Assembly: GCA_035520515.1 (NCBI GenBank)
Contig: DAOROH010000003.1
Location: 2,754 to 66,753, forward strand
Reading direction: 5' to 3'
Source: Fervidobacterium sp.
Lineage (GTDB): Bacteria; Thermotogota; Thermotogae; Thermotogales; Fervidobacteriaceae
Length of the DNA stretch: 64,000 nucleotides
The stretch's first letter is position 1. Each line of letters starts with the position of its first letter. The notes beneath the pieces were generated by a model. That model ran no database searches. It was not told where the DNA came from and was given only the letters and a program-made list of their open reading frames with translations. This document shows, piece after piece, positions 1 through 8,193 of the stretch. Made by a program: the position numbers and the translations under genes.

Positions 1-27
1 TTTGCAGGGGGATGCAAAGAGGAATAA

Positions 28-690
28 TTATTTCTGCTCCATTGGTGTGCCCTTTGTTGCTTCTTGCATTACGGCGTTTAGATTCTCGAAGAAATTGACA
101 CCCTGTTTTCCAAGTTCATCTACTGCCTGTTGTACTTGCGCGTCGAGCTCGATTATCTTCACGATTAATCCAGGATCATATACAAGCAAAGAATATGTGT
201 TTGTAATATTTCCACTCTTTACTCTCCAAACTGCAAAGACATATGCGCCGGAGACTCTGCCTTGTGCAAAAAGTTCAGTCACTCTCTTGTACGCATTTAC
301 AGATGCACTGACAATATCGTTCTTGTTTCCGGAAACTTGAACGTTCTGAAGCTGCCCTTCAACTAACTGGGCAAAGGTGCTAACCTGGGCATTCAAAAAT
401 TCTGCGATCTGCGAATATGCTCTCATCTTTGCGACTTCTTGGTCCTGAGCACTTCCAGTTCCTTGTGCCTCACCGACGAATGCAATAAGTTGGTTCTTCT
501 GTTTCAATGTCTTCACAGACTGTGCCTGAGCTTGGTTGATGAACGTTACTTCTGCATCTTTTGGTATCTGCCAAATTTTCACACCATCAACTTCGATGTA
601 CCTGTCCTTTGGTGTTAACAAGAACATACCACCTACAACCAATCCAACAGCAAGTATACCGATGAGAACCCAAGTCATCATGTTATCCAC
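28..690 (-). CDS. Membrane-anchored hypothetical protein, LPP20-like domain
   Basis: ORF 28..729. GGAGG SD upstream of GTG at 690. N-terminal hydrophobic anchor (WVLIGILAVGLVVGGMFLL) with no lipobox Cys. The GxA..A..RAxxxIAxxL pattern resembles LPP20-type domains. Confidence 0.7.
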   Translation of the reverse strand: MDNMMTWVLIGILAVGLVVGGMFLLTPKDRYIEVDGVKIWQIPKDAEVTFINQAQAQSVKTLKQKNQLIAFVGEAQGTGSAQDQEVAKMRAYSQIAEFLNAQVSTFAQLVEGQLQNVQVSGNKNDIVSASVNAYKRVTELFAQGRVSGAYVFAVWRVKSGNITNTYSLLVYDPGLIVKIIELDAQVQQAVDELGKQGVNFFENLNAVMQEATKGTPMEQK

Positions 691-844
691 AAATACCCCT
701 CCCTCTAATAGAGTAGTTGCCACACTCAAGATTTTCCGTGACTACTAATTAGACTACATCAACGGCAAAATAGTTCACAATTCTTGGAATGCGTATTCAG
801 TAAGATCTCAGAATATTCATAAATGATGTATATAACAATGTATA

Positions 845-930
845 TAACAAAGTGTGCACGCCAATAGCGTGCACACCAAATATAAGAAAGCTTGCTCGAT
901 TTCCACCTATCCCCAGTGCCCCCGTTTCAT
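845..930 (-). ncRNA. Candidate small RNA or terminated leader (~85 nt)
   Basis: Bounded by a near-consensus promoter (937-966) and a perfect 10-bp hairpin with U-rich tail (852-876). The only ORF is 7 codons (MKRGHWG). Confidence 0.45.
846..876 (-). terminator. Intrinsic terminator hairpin
   Basis: GTGTGCACGC-caata-GCGTGCACAC perfect inverted repeat, followed on the minus strand by TTTGTT. Confidence 0.7.
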
Positions 931-936
931 AGATAT

Positions 937-966
937 AGTATATCATTTTTTCATCTTGCATGTCAA
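937..966 (-). promoter_or_regulatory. Sigma70-type promoter
   Basis: Minus strand TTGACA-18 bp-TATACT with extended -10 TG. Confidence 0.75.
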
Positions 967-1057
967 TTTTTCGACTAAGAAAATTGTTGATAATCCCTAA
1001 ATCCGCATGAATACATCACTGCGACAACATTAGAAATTCTATCACACATTCAGACTC

Positions 1058-1086
1058 TTGACTTTACTTACTTTTATTGGTAGAAT
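1058..1086 (+). promoter_or_regulatory. Sigma70-type promoter of the pyr operon
   Basis: TTGACT-17 bp-TAGAAT with extended -10 TG. Confidence 0.75.
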
Positions 1087-1112
1087 TTCTTCGAAATATT
1101 GGAGGTGTGTTG

Positions 1113-1346
1113 ATGGTTAATTTGGTCCTGAGAGGCCGAAACCCGTGGGAAAAATTTTGTAATCTTTTTGCTGAAGAGCATCTGAAAAATTTGAATAACT
1201 TTAAATGCAATGTTCTTAACTACTTTGGCTTTTTGAATATCTTGTTAAGTACTTGGACTGTTTTTTCGATGATCACATTCTTTGTTATTCGAGAGCAAAT
1301 ATTGACGAGGGCTTTTTGTTTAAGCCCTCGTTTTTATTTTTGCTGA
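1113..1346 (+). CDS. Putative pyr leader ORF (77 aa)
   Basis: GGAGGTG SD at 1101-1107 and ATG at 1113. The frame stays open through the attenuator hairpin to TGA at 1344-1346. No recognisable domain. Confidence 0.4.
   Translation: MVNLVLRGRNPWEKFCNLFAEEHLKNLNNFKCNVLNYFGFLNILLSTWTVFSMITFFVIREQILTRAFCLSPRFYFC
1121..1141 (+). promoter_or_regulatory. PyrR-binding RNA element
   Basis: TTTGGTCCTGAGAGGCCGAAA closely resembles the PyrR binding-loop consensus ARUCCNGNGAGGYU. It lies in the 5' leader of pyrimidine biosynthesis genes, upstream of a terminator. Confidence 0.75.
1305..1341 (+). terminator. Attenuator terminator upstream of pyrC
   Basis: ACGAGGGCTT/AAGCCCTCGT 10-bp stem followed by TTTTATTTTT. 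Confidence 0.8.
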
Positions 1347-1365
1347 AGCTGAAGAGGTGATTGAT

Positions 1366-2526
1366 GTGCGATTCTATGACCCAATTTCTAATAGTTGGCA
1401 CGAAGATATCGATGGACAATTGAATCTCAACCTACCGGAAAAAGTATCGATGGGCAATCAGTTCTCTGTAACATATCCTTTTGTGGACTTGCATACCCAT
1501 GTAAGGCTAAATGGTGGCGAGGATTATAAATCACTTAGCAAAGCTGCAATTGCAGGTGGTTTTGGAGTACTGAATATCCAGCCGAATACGAATCCACCTC
1601 TTGATGAGTGGGACGTTCTAAGTAACCATGTATCTCTATCCAAAGATGAACTCGTCAAATATCTGTACACAGTGAGTTTTTTTGGAGGGATTAACGATAT
1701 TTCGTCTGGATCTTCAGCTATTCGGATGACAGGATTTTCAACCGACGGAATTAGATACAACTCTCAAGAGATCGTTGAATCATTCCGCAGTAAGAAACCA
1801 ACATTACTTTTTGATCATAGTCAACTGCATGAAGTGGCAGGGGATTTCTATACTGGTACAAATCTACCAAATGCGACAAGGCCATATTCTAATGAGCCAG
1901 TTGCGATAAACAGAACTGTACTATTGGGACTAGAATTCGGCTTCAACAAGTTCCATATTCAGCATATTTCAACAGCCAAAAGTTTAGACGAGATAGAACA
2001 TTTAAGAAAGCTTGCACGTGTTACTTGTGAGGTAACCCCACATCATGTTTTCTTCATTCCGGAGATGATAGACAATGTGAATCAAAAGATCAATCCACCA
2101 ATCTCAAAAGATAGGGATTTACTTATCGATGCTGTGAAGAAAGGCTTCATCGATACGTTCTCAACAGATCATGCACCGCATCCAGAGAAGCCTAACAATT
2201 TTGAAAGAGCACCCTACGGTAGTTCTCATATCGAAGTTGCGTTTTCAGTGTATCACACGGTATTCGATGACCCACAACTTGTAATTAGAAAACTGACAGT
2301 TGATCCTTTGAAAGTTCTCGGTTGGCGCTATGAAGATTTGGGCATGAAATTTCCTGATGATTTGATAATTCTGAACACAGAAGAGGAATATGTTGTTGAC
2401 AACAGTAGGTTTTACAGTATGGGTAAGAACTGTGCGTTCAACGGATACAAATTGAAAGGAAGAATATTTGGAGTCAGAATGAATGGGAAGTGGGTGTATT
2501 GGGATGGAACATTCCTTGATAACTGA
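1366..2526 (+). CDS. pyrC: Dihydroorotase
   Basis: DLHTHVR, CEVTPHH, KINPP and TDHAPH amidohydrolase motifs. GAGGTG SD favours GTG at 1366 (ORF open from 1357). First gene of the pyr operon. Confidence 0.92.
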   Translation: MRFYDPISNSWHEDIDGQLNLNLPEKVSMGNQFSVTYPFVDLHTHVRLNGGEDYKSLSKAAIAGGFGVLNIQPNTNPPLDEWDVLSNHVSLSKDELVKYLYTVSFFGGINDISSGSSAIRMTGFSTDGIRYNSQEIVESFRSKKPTLLFDHSQLHEVAGDFYTGTNLPNATRPYSNEPVAINRTVLLGLEFGFNKFHIQHISTAKSLDEIEHLRKLARVTCEVTPHHVFFIPEMIDNVNQKINPPISKDRDLLIDAVKKGFIDTFSTDHAPHPEKPNNFERAPYGSSHIEVAFSVYHTVFDDPQLVIRKLTVDPLKVLGWRYEDLGMKFPDDLIILNTEEEYVVDNSRFYSMGKNCAFNGYKLKGRIFGVRMNGKWVYWDGTFLDN

Positions 2527-3232
2527 GACGATTAAGAAACACTTGTTCACAAAGAAAGAATGTGTTGATATCACTGAAGATACCTTTCTGATTACCTTCA
2601 ATGAGAGCATTGATTTTCTAACTGGTCAGTTTGTGATGGTAAGTGTAGGCTCTCACGGATTAACGCGGAAACCATTCACAATAGGGAAATTTGGTGGCGA
2701 TTTGGCCATCTCTGTAAAAATCATTGGCGACGGTTCGAAATATATAGTTGAAACAGATACACCCTTAGAAGTGGTTGGACCACTGGGAAATCCGTTTATC
2801 CCGCCATCATCAAACGGCGTTGCAATTGTCGCACCTTCTTGTATCGCTGAAGGCATTCATCTAACGGAGCACTTTGATATCCCACTCCATGTATGTTCGA
2901 AAACCCCATTGAAGAGAGAGTTTGCGGATGCAGTGAGCAACGATAAAATCGAATTGCATATCGGTGATGATGGGTATCTGCAACTACTGGCCAAATTGAA
3001 ATACGAAAAGCACGATTGGGTCTTCATAACAGGTTCGAAGATGATGGAAAAGATAGGTATAAAGGCTCTTGCGGATGTGCCAGGAAAAGTTGTTTACGTA
3101 TCGTACAACGAGTACATGGGATGCGGAATAGGTGCTTGCAAGTCCTGTGCAGTGATAACGAAAGATGGCGTAAAGCATGTGTGCGGCGATGGCCCCATAT
3201 TCAGAGGTGATGAGATATGCTTTCAAGATTAG
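2504..3232 (+). CDS. pyrK: Dihydroorotate dehydrogenase electron transfer subunit
   Basis: GQFVM..RKPFTI FAD-binding motif, GPLGNPF, and MGCGIGACKSC..VCGDGPIF [2Fe-2S] motif. Overlaps pyrC and pyrD. Confidence 0.9.
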   Translation: MEHSLITETIKKHLFTKKECVDITEDTFLITFNESIDFLTGQFVMVSVGSHGLTRKPFTIGKFGGDLAISVKIIGDGSKYIVETDTPLEVVGPLGNPFIPPSSNGVAIVAPSCIAEGIHLTEHFDIPLHVCSKTPLKREFADAVSNDKIELHIGDDGYLQLLAKLKYEKHDWVFITGSKMMEKIGIKALADVPGKVVYVSYNEYMGCGIGACKSCAVITKDGVKHVCGDGPIFRGDEICFQD

Positions 3233-4071
3233 AATTGAAAGTTCCATTGATAATAGCCTCAGGCCCTGGCGGATTTGGTGAGTATGCAAAGATCGATGGC
3301 TTCCCTTGGGAATATGTGGGTGCTTACACATTGAAGACCGTAACTTACAACCAGAAATATGGAAATGTGCCCCCGCGCATGTACACAAGGGATGGCTACA
3401 TGATAAATAGGATTGGCCTTGAGAATCCAGGTATTGAAAAATTCTCAAGCACACTGGAAAATGGCGAATATGACCATCTCTTTGAGAAGACAAAAGTGAT
3501 TCTTAGCCTTGGTGGAGACGATTATCAAGAATACATCGAAGTTACAAAGAAAGCAAAACCATATTTAGGCAAATTCGCAGCCGTTGAATACAATTTCTCT
3601 TGCCCAAATGTCAGTAAAGGTGGACTTTCAATAGTTACTGACATGACTGAATGGCAGAACTTGCTTTTAGAAATAAGAAAGGAGCTACCTGATACATTTC
3701 TGATAGCCAAGCTTGGCATCGAGGGAGGATTTATCGAGAATTTTGCAGAGAAGGCAGCACAAGCTGGATGGGATGGTGTCACTGTTATAAACACAATACG
3801 GGGGCTCATGTTCAACGATAACCGTGAGATGTTGCTTGGCGGGTTATCTGGACCAAACCTACTTCCAATAGCTGCTAGAGCTGTGTACGAAGTACGAAAG
3901 AAATTACCAGACATTTACATCGTGGCTTCCGGTGGGGTTTACAGAGAAGAGGATGCAGAACAGTTATTGAAGGTTGGTGCGGATGCCGTAAGTATTGGAA
4001 GTGCCATATTTCAAGATGAACAAGTGATTTTTCGTATAGGTAAGCATATTTTAGAATACTTGAAAAAGTGA
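3217..4071 (+). CDS. pyrD: Dihydroorotate dehydrogenase (family 1B) catalytic subunit
   Basis: NRIGLENPG, NFSCPNV, INTIRG, GGLSG and SGGV motifs. Confidence 0.93.
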   Translation: MLSRLELKVPLIIASGPGGFGEYAKIDGFPWEYVGAYTLKTVTYNQKYGNVPPRMYTRDGYMINRIGLENPGIEKFSSTLENGEYDHLFEKTKVILSLGGDDYQEYIEVTKKAKPYLGKFAAVEYNFSCPNVSKGGLSIVTDMTEWQNLLLEIRKELPDTFLIAKLGIEGGFIENFAEKAAQAGWDGVTVINTIRGLMFNDNREMLLGGLSGPNLLPIAARAVYEVRKKLPDIYIVASGGVYREEDAEQLLKVGADAVSIGSAIFQDEQVIFRIGKHILEYLKK

Positions 4072-4086
4072 TTGGAGGGATTTGGC

Positions 4087-4797
4087 ATGAAGGGAAGTTA
4101 TGTAGAGGCAATCTCTTGTGATGCGCAGTGTACATCTTCTTATTCACCTTATTCGATACATCAAACGCACCCGGTTTTGAGTTTGGATATGGATAATCCT
4201 GAAGAATTTATAGAGAAGTATGGTGCTTTTGAATATGTCAAGGTAGGTCACAATTTGGCTATCAAAGGTAAAGGTATACTGGATTTTTTGGCAGATAAGG
4301 GATTAAAGGTCATATTAGATTTGAAGTTTTCAGACATACCGAGCACTGTGGCAAGGTCAATCAAGAGTTGGGATCACCCTGCAATAGTAGGATTCACCGT
4401 ACATGCCAACAGTGGAATTCAAAGTGTACTTGCTGCACTTGACTCAACAGATAAATATGTGTTTTCGGTCATAAAACTTACTTCCATGTCTGGCAGATTG
4501 GATGATTACAGACAATTGATAGAGGGGCTTGCGAGACTTGGTTCGTCATTTGTATTACCAGGCAGATGGGCCATTGAATTGAGAAAGAGTATCGGTGGAC
4601 AAATACTCGTCCCTGGCATACGTATGGAGCAGAAAAGTGATGATCAGGTGGATACAGTTAGTCTGTGGGATGTACTTGGAATTGCCAACTTCGCCATACT
4701 TGGTAGAGAGGTGTACAAGTCAAAAGACCCTGCCCAAAAGATCACTGAAATCAAATCACAAATTGAAGAGAAGGTGGCAGCATGGAAGAGCAAGTGA
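4087..4797 (+). CDS. pyrF: Orotidine 5'-phosphate decarboxylase
   Basis: LSLD, VKVG, DLKFSDIPST, VPGIR and LGR motifs. GGAGG SD before ATG at 4087. Confidence 0.92.
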   Translation: MKGSYVEAISCDAQCTSSYSPYSIHQTHPVLSLDMDNPEEFIEKYGAFEYVKVGHNLAIKGKGILDFLADKGLKVILDLKFSDIPSTVARSIKSWDHPAIVGFTVHANSGIQSVLAALDSTDKYVFSVIKLTSMSGRLDDYRQLIEGLARLGSSFVLPGRWAIELRKSIGGQILVPGIRMEQKSDDQVDTVSLWDVLGIANFAILGREVYKSKDPAQKITEIKSQIEEKVAAWKSK

Positions 4798-5357
4798 TGG
4801 AAATACTTGAAAAAACCGGGGCACTATTGAAAGGACATTTCATCCTGTCTTCGGGATTACATTCAGAGTTTTACGTGCAATGTGCAAAGATATTTGAATA
4901 TCCCAAATATGGAGAAATGATAGGGCGGATGATATCAGAAAAGATACTCCAGTCCGGACTTAGACCTGATGTCGTGATTGGCCCAGCACTTGGTGGGATT
5001 ATCGTTGCCTACGAGGTTGGGAAATACAGTGGTGCAAAGGTGATGTTTACGGAGCGAGAAGAGGGAGAAATGAAATTGAGGAGAGGGTTTGAACTTGATC
5101 AAAGTGACAAGGTCATCATAGTGGAAGATGTTGTCACAACAGGTAAGTCTACTTTTGAAGTTGAAGAAGTGGTAAAATCGTTCGGTGCCCAAGTAATTGG
5201 ATATGCGTCCATTATAAACAGGAGTGGTAAAGAAACGCCTTTTGAAAAGCCGTACAGCTATCTTCTCAAGCTTGATTTCCCTACTTACACATCGGATAAC
5301 TGCCCAATGTGTGAGGCAAGAATACCTGCTATAAAACCGGGCTCGAGAAAGAAGTAA
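4782..5357 (+). CDS. pyrE: Orotate phosphoribosyltransferase
   Basis: GHFILSSGLHS and the PRPP-binding IVEDVVTTGKS motif. Confidence 0.94.
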   Translation: MEEQVMEILEKTGALLKGHFILSSGLHSEFYVQCAKIFEYPKYGEMIGRMISEKILQSGLRPDVVIGPALGGIIVAYEVGKYSGAKVMFTEREEGEMKLRRGFELDQSDKVIIVEDVVTTGKSTFEVEEVVKSFGAQVIGYASIINRSGKETPFEKPYSYLLKLDFPTYTSDNCPMCEARIPAIKPGSRKK

Positions 5358-5421
5358 GCGAATGAATACACATATTGTCACTTAGTAATAATTGAGATAA
5401 ACTTTAACTTTATTAATTATA

Positions 5422-6087
5422 TCACTTTTGCTTATAGGATTGCAAATATTTTTCTCGCAATTTTGTGGCATGTTCATGGGGGATTGTAGATAAGTTACCA
5501 AGTTTCAATGATTCGATGTAAATTTGTGCGGTTTTTTCTGCTACTTGAGTAGCAACAAATGCTTCCTGCAAATTTTCTCCAACAGTTACAAGTCCATGGT
5601 TTTTCAGGAAGACGCAGTGGTTGTTTGAAAGTGCCGCTACTGCATTTTGTGCAAGTTCCACGGTTCCAGGCAATGCATATTCACTTACATGCAAAGTCTC
5701 ACCGAGTATCATCACTGCATCTTCGACGATCGGTGGGATAGATGAAAGTGTGATAGAGACAATTGTGGAATAGATTGGGTGAGTATGAAGAATTGCTTTA
5801 ACGTCATTTCTTGATTCGTATATCTTGATGTGCATAGCCGATTCTGACGAAGGTTTATTCTTCGCATATACGACGTTGCCATTTTTCCTTAACACACATA
5901 TATCCTCTAAACTCAGTTTATCGTAGGGTTGTCCAGATGGAGTTATGTATATGTACTCACCATGGAGTACACTTATATTTCCCCACGTTCCTTTGGTAAA
6001 TCCCTCTTTTGAAATCAGTTGCGCATAAGTTATTATTTCTTCAGCTACTGAGAGATTCACATCATCGAACAAGTTATCGCTGCCCAT
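5422..6087 (-). CDS. Class II aldolase/adducin family protein (FucA-like)
   Basis: GTWGNIS, ITPSG, PSSE..MH, HTHP and NHG zinc-binding motifs. Probable start is ATG 6087 after a G-rich SD. Confidence 0.85.
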   Translation of the reverse strand: MGSDNLFDDVNLSVAEEIITYAQLISKEGFTKGTWGNISVLHGEYIYITPSGQPYDKLSLEDICVLRKNGNVVYAKNKPSSESAMHIKIYESRNDVKAILHTHPIYSTIVSITLSSIPPIVEDAVMILGETLHVSEYALPGTVELAQNAVAALSNNHCVFLKNHGLVTVGENLQEAFVATQVAEKTAQIYIESLKLGNLSTIPHEHATKLREKYLQSYKQK

Positions 6088-6130
6088 ACAACTGCCCCCA
6101 CTTTTGATCTTTTTACAATGCATCCTAAGA

Positions 6131-7207
6131 TTACTCTATTCTGTGAACACCATCGCTTGTCTCAACGTCTATAACCTTCGGTTCTATGCCATATTTTATA
6201 ACATACTTCTTTGAAATTTCGTCCATTACTCTTTCAAAACCAGTATCGGCCAATACTATTACACTTCCACCGAAACCAGCACCTACGATCCTTGCACCGT
6301 AGATGTTTGAACTCTTTTCAAACTCACCGATGAGGAAATCAATCTCAGGACAAGATACTTCATAGTTGTCTCTCAAACTATAGTGGGATTCGTAAAGATA
6401 CTTTCCAACAAGCCTAAGATTATCTGCCTCCAATGCTGAAAGTGTCTTGAGTACTCTCTCATTTTCCGTGAGTACATGTAATGCTCGTCTCTTAAGTACA
6501 TCGTCAGAAATCTTCTCAATATCTTCAACTGAAACGCTTCTGAAAGAGATCTTACCCATGATTTTTAGAGCATCTTCACATTCTTTCCTGCGTTTATTAT
6601 ATTCAGAACTTCCGAGTTCGTGTTTAACGCCAGAATTAACAAGGTAAAGTCGTGCACCATCAAGATTTAACGGTACGTATTTATATTCCTTGGTCATTGT
6701 ATCTATGAAAAGGGCGTTATTTTCTCTTGAGAGTGCAACTGCGTATTGATCCATTATTCCACATCTTACACCCACAAACTCAACCTCACAACTGTGTGCA
6801 ATATTTGCAAGTTCTTCCATGGAAATATCGTAATCCATCATCTGACAGATAGCGTATCCAACGCCGACCTCCAATGCAGCAGAACTCGATAATCCCGCTC
6901 CCATAGGCAAGTCGGAATTTATCCTCATGTTGAATGGCTTTACGTTGTAACCCCTCTCTTGAAGTTTCACAATCATGCCGATTACGTAATCTGCCCACGA
7001 ATTGGTGCGATTAAGATTATCGAAGGCCACACCTTTTTTCGTTTGCTCTGAAAATATTTTGAAAGCCTTGGAAGGTTCAATTTCTATCTTTACGTACCGC
7101 TTAATTGCAAATGGTAGGACGTAACCATCGTTGTAGTCTGTGTGCTCGCCTATTAGGTTTGCCCTACCCGGTGAATACACAACAATCTTCCCGTTTGTAT
7201 CGCTCAT
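6131..7207 (-). CDS. galK: Galactokinase
   Basis: PGRANLIGEHTDYN, GAGLSSSAA, CGIMDQ and GAGFGG GHMP motifs. Confidence 0.96.
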   Translation of the reverse strand: MSDTNGKIVVYSPGRANLIGEHTDYNDGYVLPFAIKRYVKIEIEPSKAFKIFSEQTKKGVAFDNLNRTNSWADYVIGMIVKLQERGYNVKPFNMRINSDLPMGAGLSSSAALEVGVGYAICQMMDYDISMEELANIAHSCEVEFVGVRCGIMDQYAVALSRENNALFIDTMTKEYKYVPLNLDGARLYLVNSGVKHELGSSEYNKRRKECEDALKIMGKISFRSVSVEDIEKISDDVLKRRALHVLTENERVLKTLSALEADNLRLVGKYLYESHYSLRDNYEVSCPEIDFLIGEFEKSSNIYGARIVGAGFGGSVIVLADTGFERVMDEISKKYVIKYGIEPKVIDVETSDGVHRIE

Positions 7208-8160
7208 ATGATAACCTCCACACTTCTAAGTTCTGCTGCAGCTTCTTCTGGAAGCTTTGGGTTGATGAACGCCCAAGTACCCGTCTCGACGCTGGCCATC
7301 CACTTGATCTTGTTTTTGTCTCGCTTAACTGGATTGAATTCTATATGGAAATGGAATGCATGTTCGTATCTTACATCGTTCACTGGTGATTGAAATAGCA
7401 TCATCATGTATGGAAACGACTGTTGAAATAGTAAGTCGTATTTCATTGTAACAACTTTTAACACTTTTGACAATAGGTTTCTTTCAGAATTGTTCAGTTC
7501 AACCAAGCTGCTTACATGTCTTTTTGGATAAACGTGTACTTCATATGGCCATCTTGCATAGAATGGAACTAGTGCTACAAAACTCTCGTTTTCGTACACG
7601 AGCCTTTCTCGAATGCTTACTTCATTTTCGACAACATCACAGATGGCACAACGTCCATGTTCATCGTAGTACTTTGCTAACGATTGTACTTTTGCTTCGA
7701 TTCGCTTTGGCAGGAATGGGAATGCATACAATTGACCATGAGGATGCGAGAGTGTTGCACCCACTTCGGCCCCTCTATTTTCAAATATGAATACGTACTT
7801 TATCGTTGGTTGCAACGATAACTCTAAATATCTATCTGTCCACATCTTTATTAGCTTCTCTATTTGATGTATCGGCATCAAACTCATCGCACTGTTGTGA
7901 TCAACCGTGTAAACTACGACCTCGCACTTACCGTTAGATCTTGCCTTTTTGTATAACGAATTTTCTGACTCAACATTTGGTGCGTCGACTTTCATAGAAG
8001 GGAATCTATTATCAAAAGAAGCTAAGTCGTACGGTCTTGAGAATTCATCTCCACCGACACATAACGGGCAAGTAGTTGTAGGATTCGTAGGTCTTTGCTG
8101 GGTAAATGCAGAAATCATGACCCATTCGTCTGTAAGAACATTGTACCTTCTTTCCATCAT
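7204..8160 (-). CDS. galT: Galactose-1-phosphate uridylyltransferase
   Basis: CPLC, FDNRFP and FENRGAEVGATLSHPHGQ (HPH nucleophile). Confidence 0.95.
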   Translation of the reverse strand: MMERRYNVLTDEWVMISAFTQQRPTNPTTTCPLCVGGDEFSRPYDLASFDNRFPSMKVDAPNVESENSLYKKARSNGKCEVVVYTVDHNSAMSLMPIHQIEKLIKMWTDRYLELSLQPTIKYVFIFENRGAEVGATLSHPHGQLYAFPFLPKRIEAKVQSLAKYYDEHGRCAICDVVENEVSIRERLVYENESFVALVPFYARWPYEVHVYPKRHVSSLVELNNSERNLLSKVLKVVTMKYDLLFQQSFPYMMMLFQSPVNDVRYEHAFHFHIEFNPVKRDKNKIKWMASVETGTWAFINPKLPEEAAAELRSVEVII

Positions 8161-8193
8161 CTTAACTCACTCCTCTAATTCAGTCAATTTCAA

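Noticed and set aside
763-780. TTCACAA half-site suggesting a second Rex operator
   Set aside because: The other half (minus strand TTGTGAA-CTAT-TTTGCCG) does not match the consensus.
826-849. Tandem 12-bp duplication ATGTATATAACA x2
   Set aside because: Only two low-complexity AT-rich copies with no spacers. Not a CRISPR array, probably a slippage duplication at the terminator tail.
1121-1190. CTGAGAG..GAAA and CTGAAGA..GAAA suggested a hammerhead ribozyme core
   Set aside because: The three required stems cannot be built, and the PyrR-loop reading fits both sequence and context much better.
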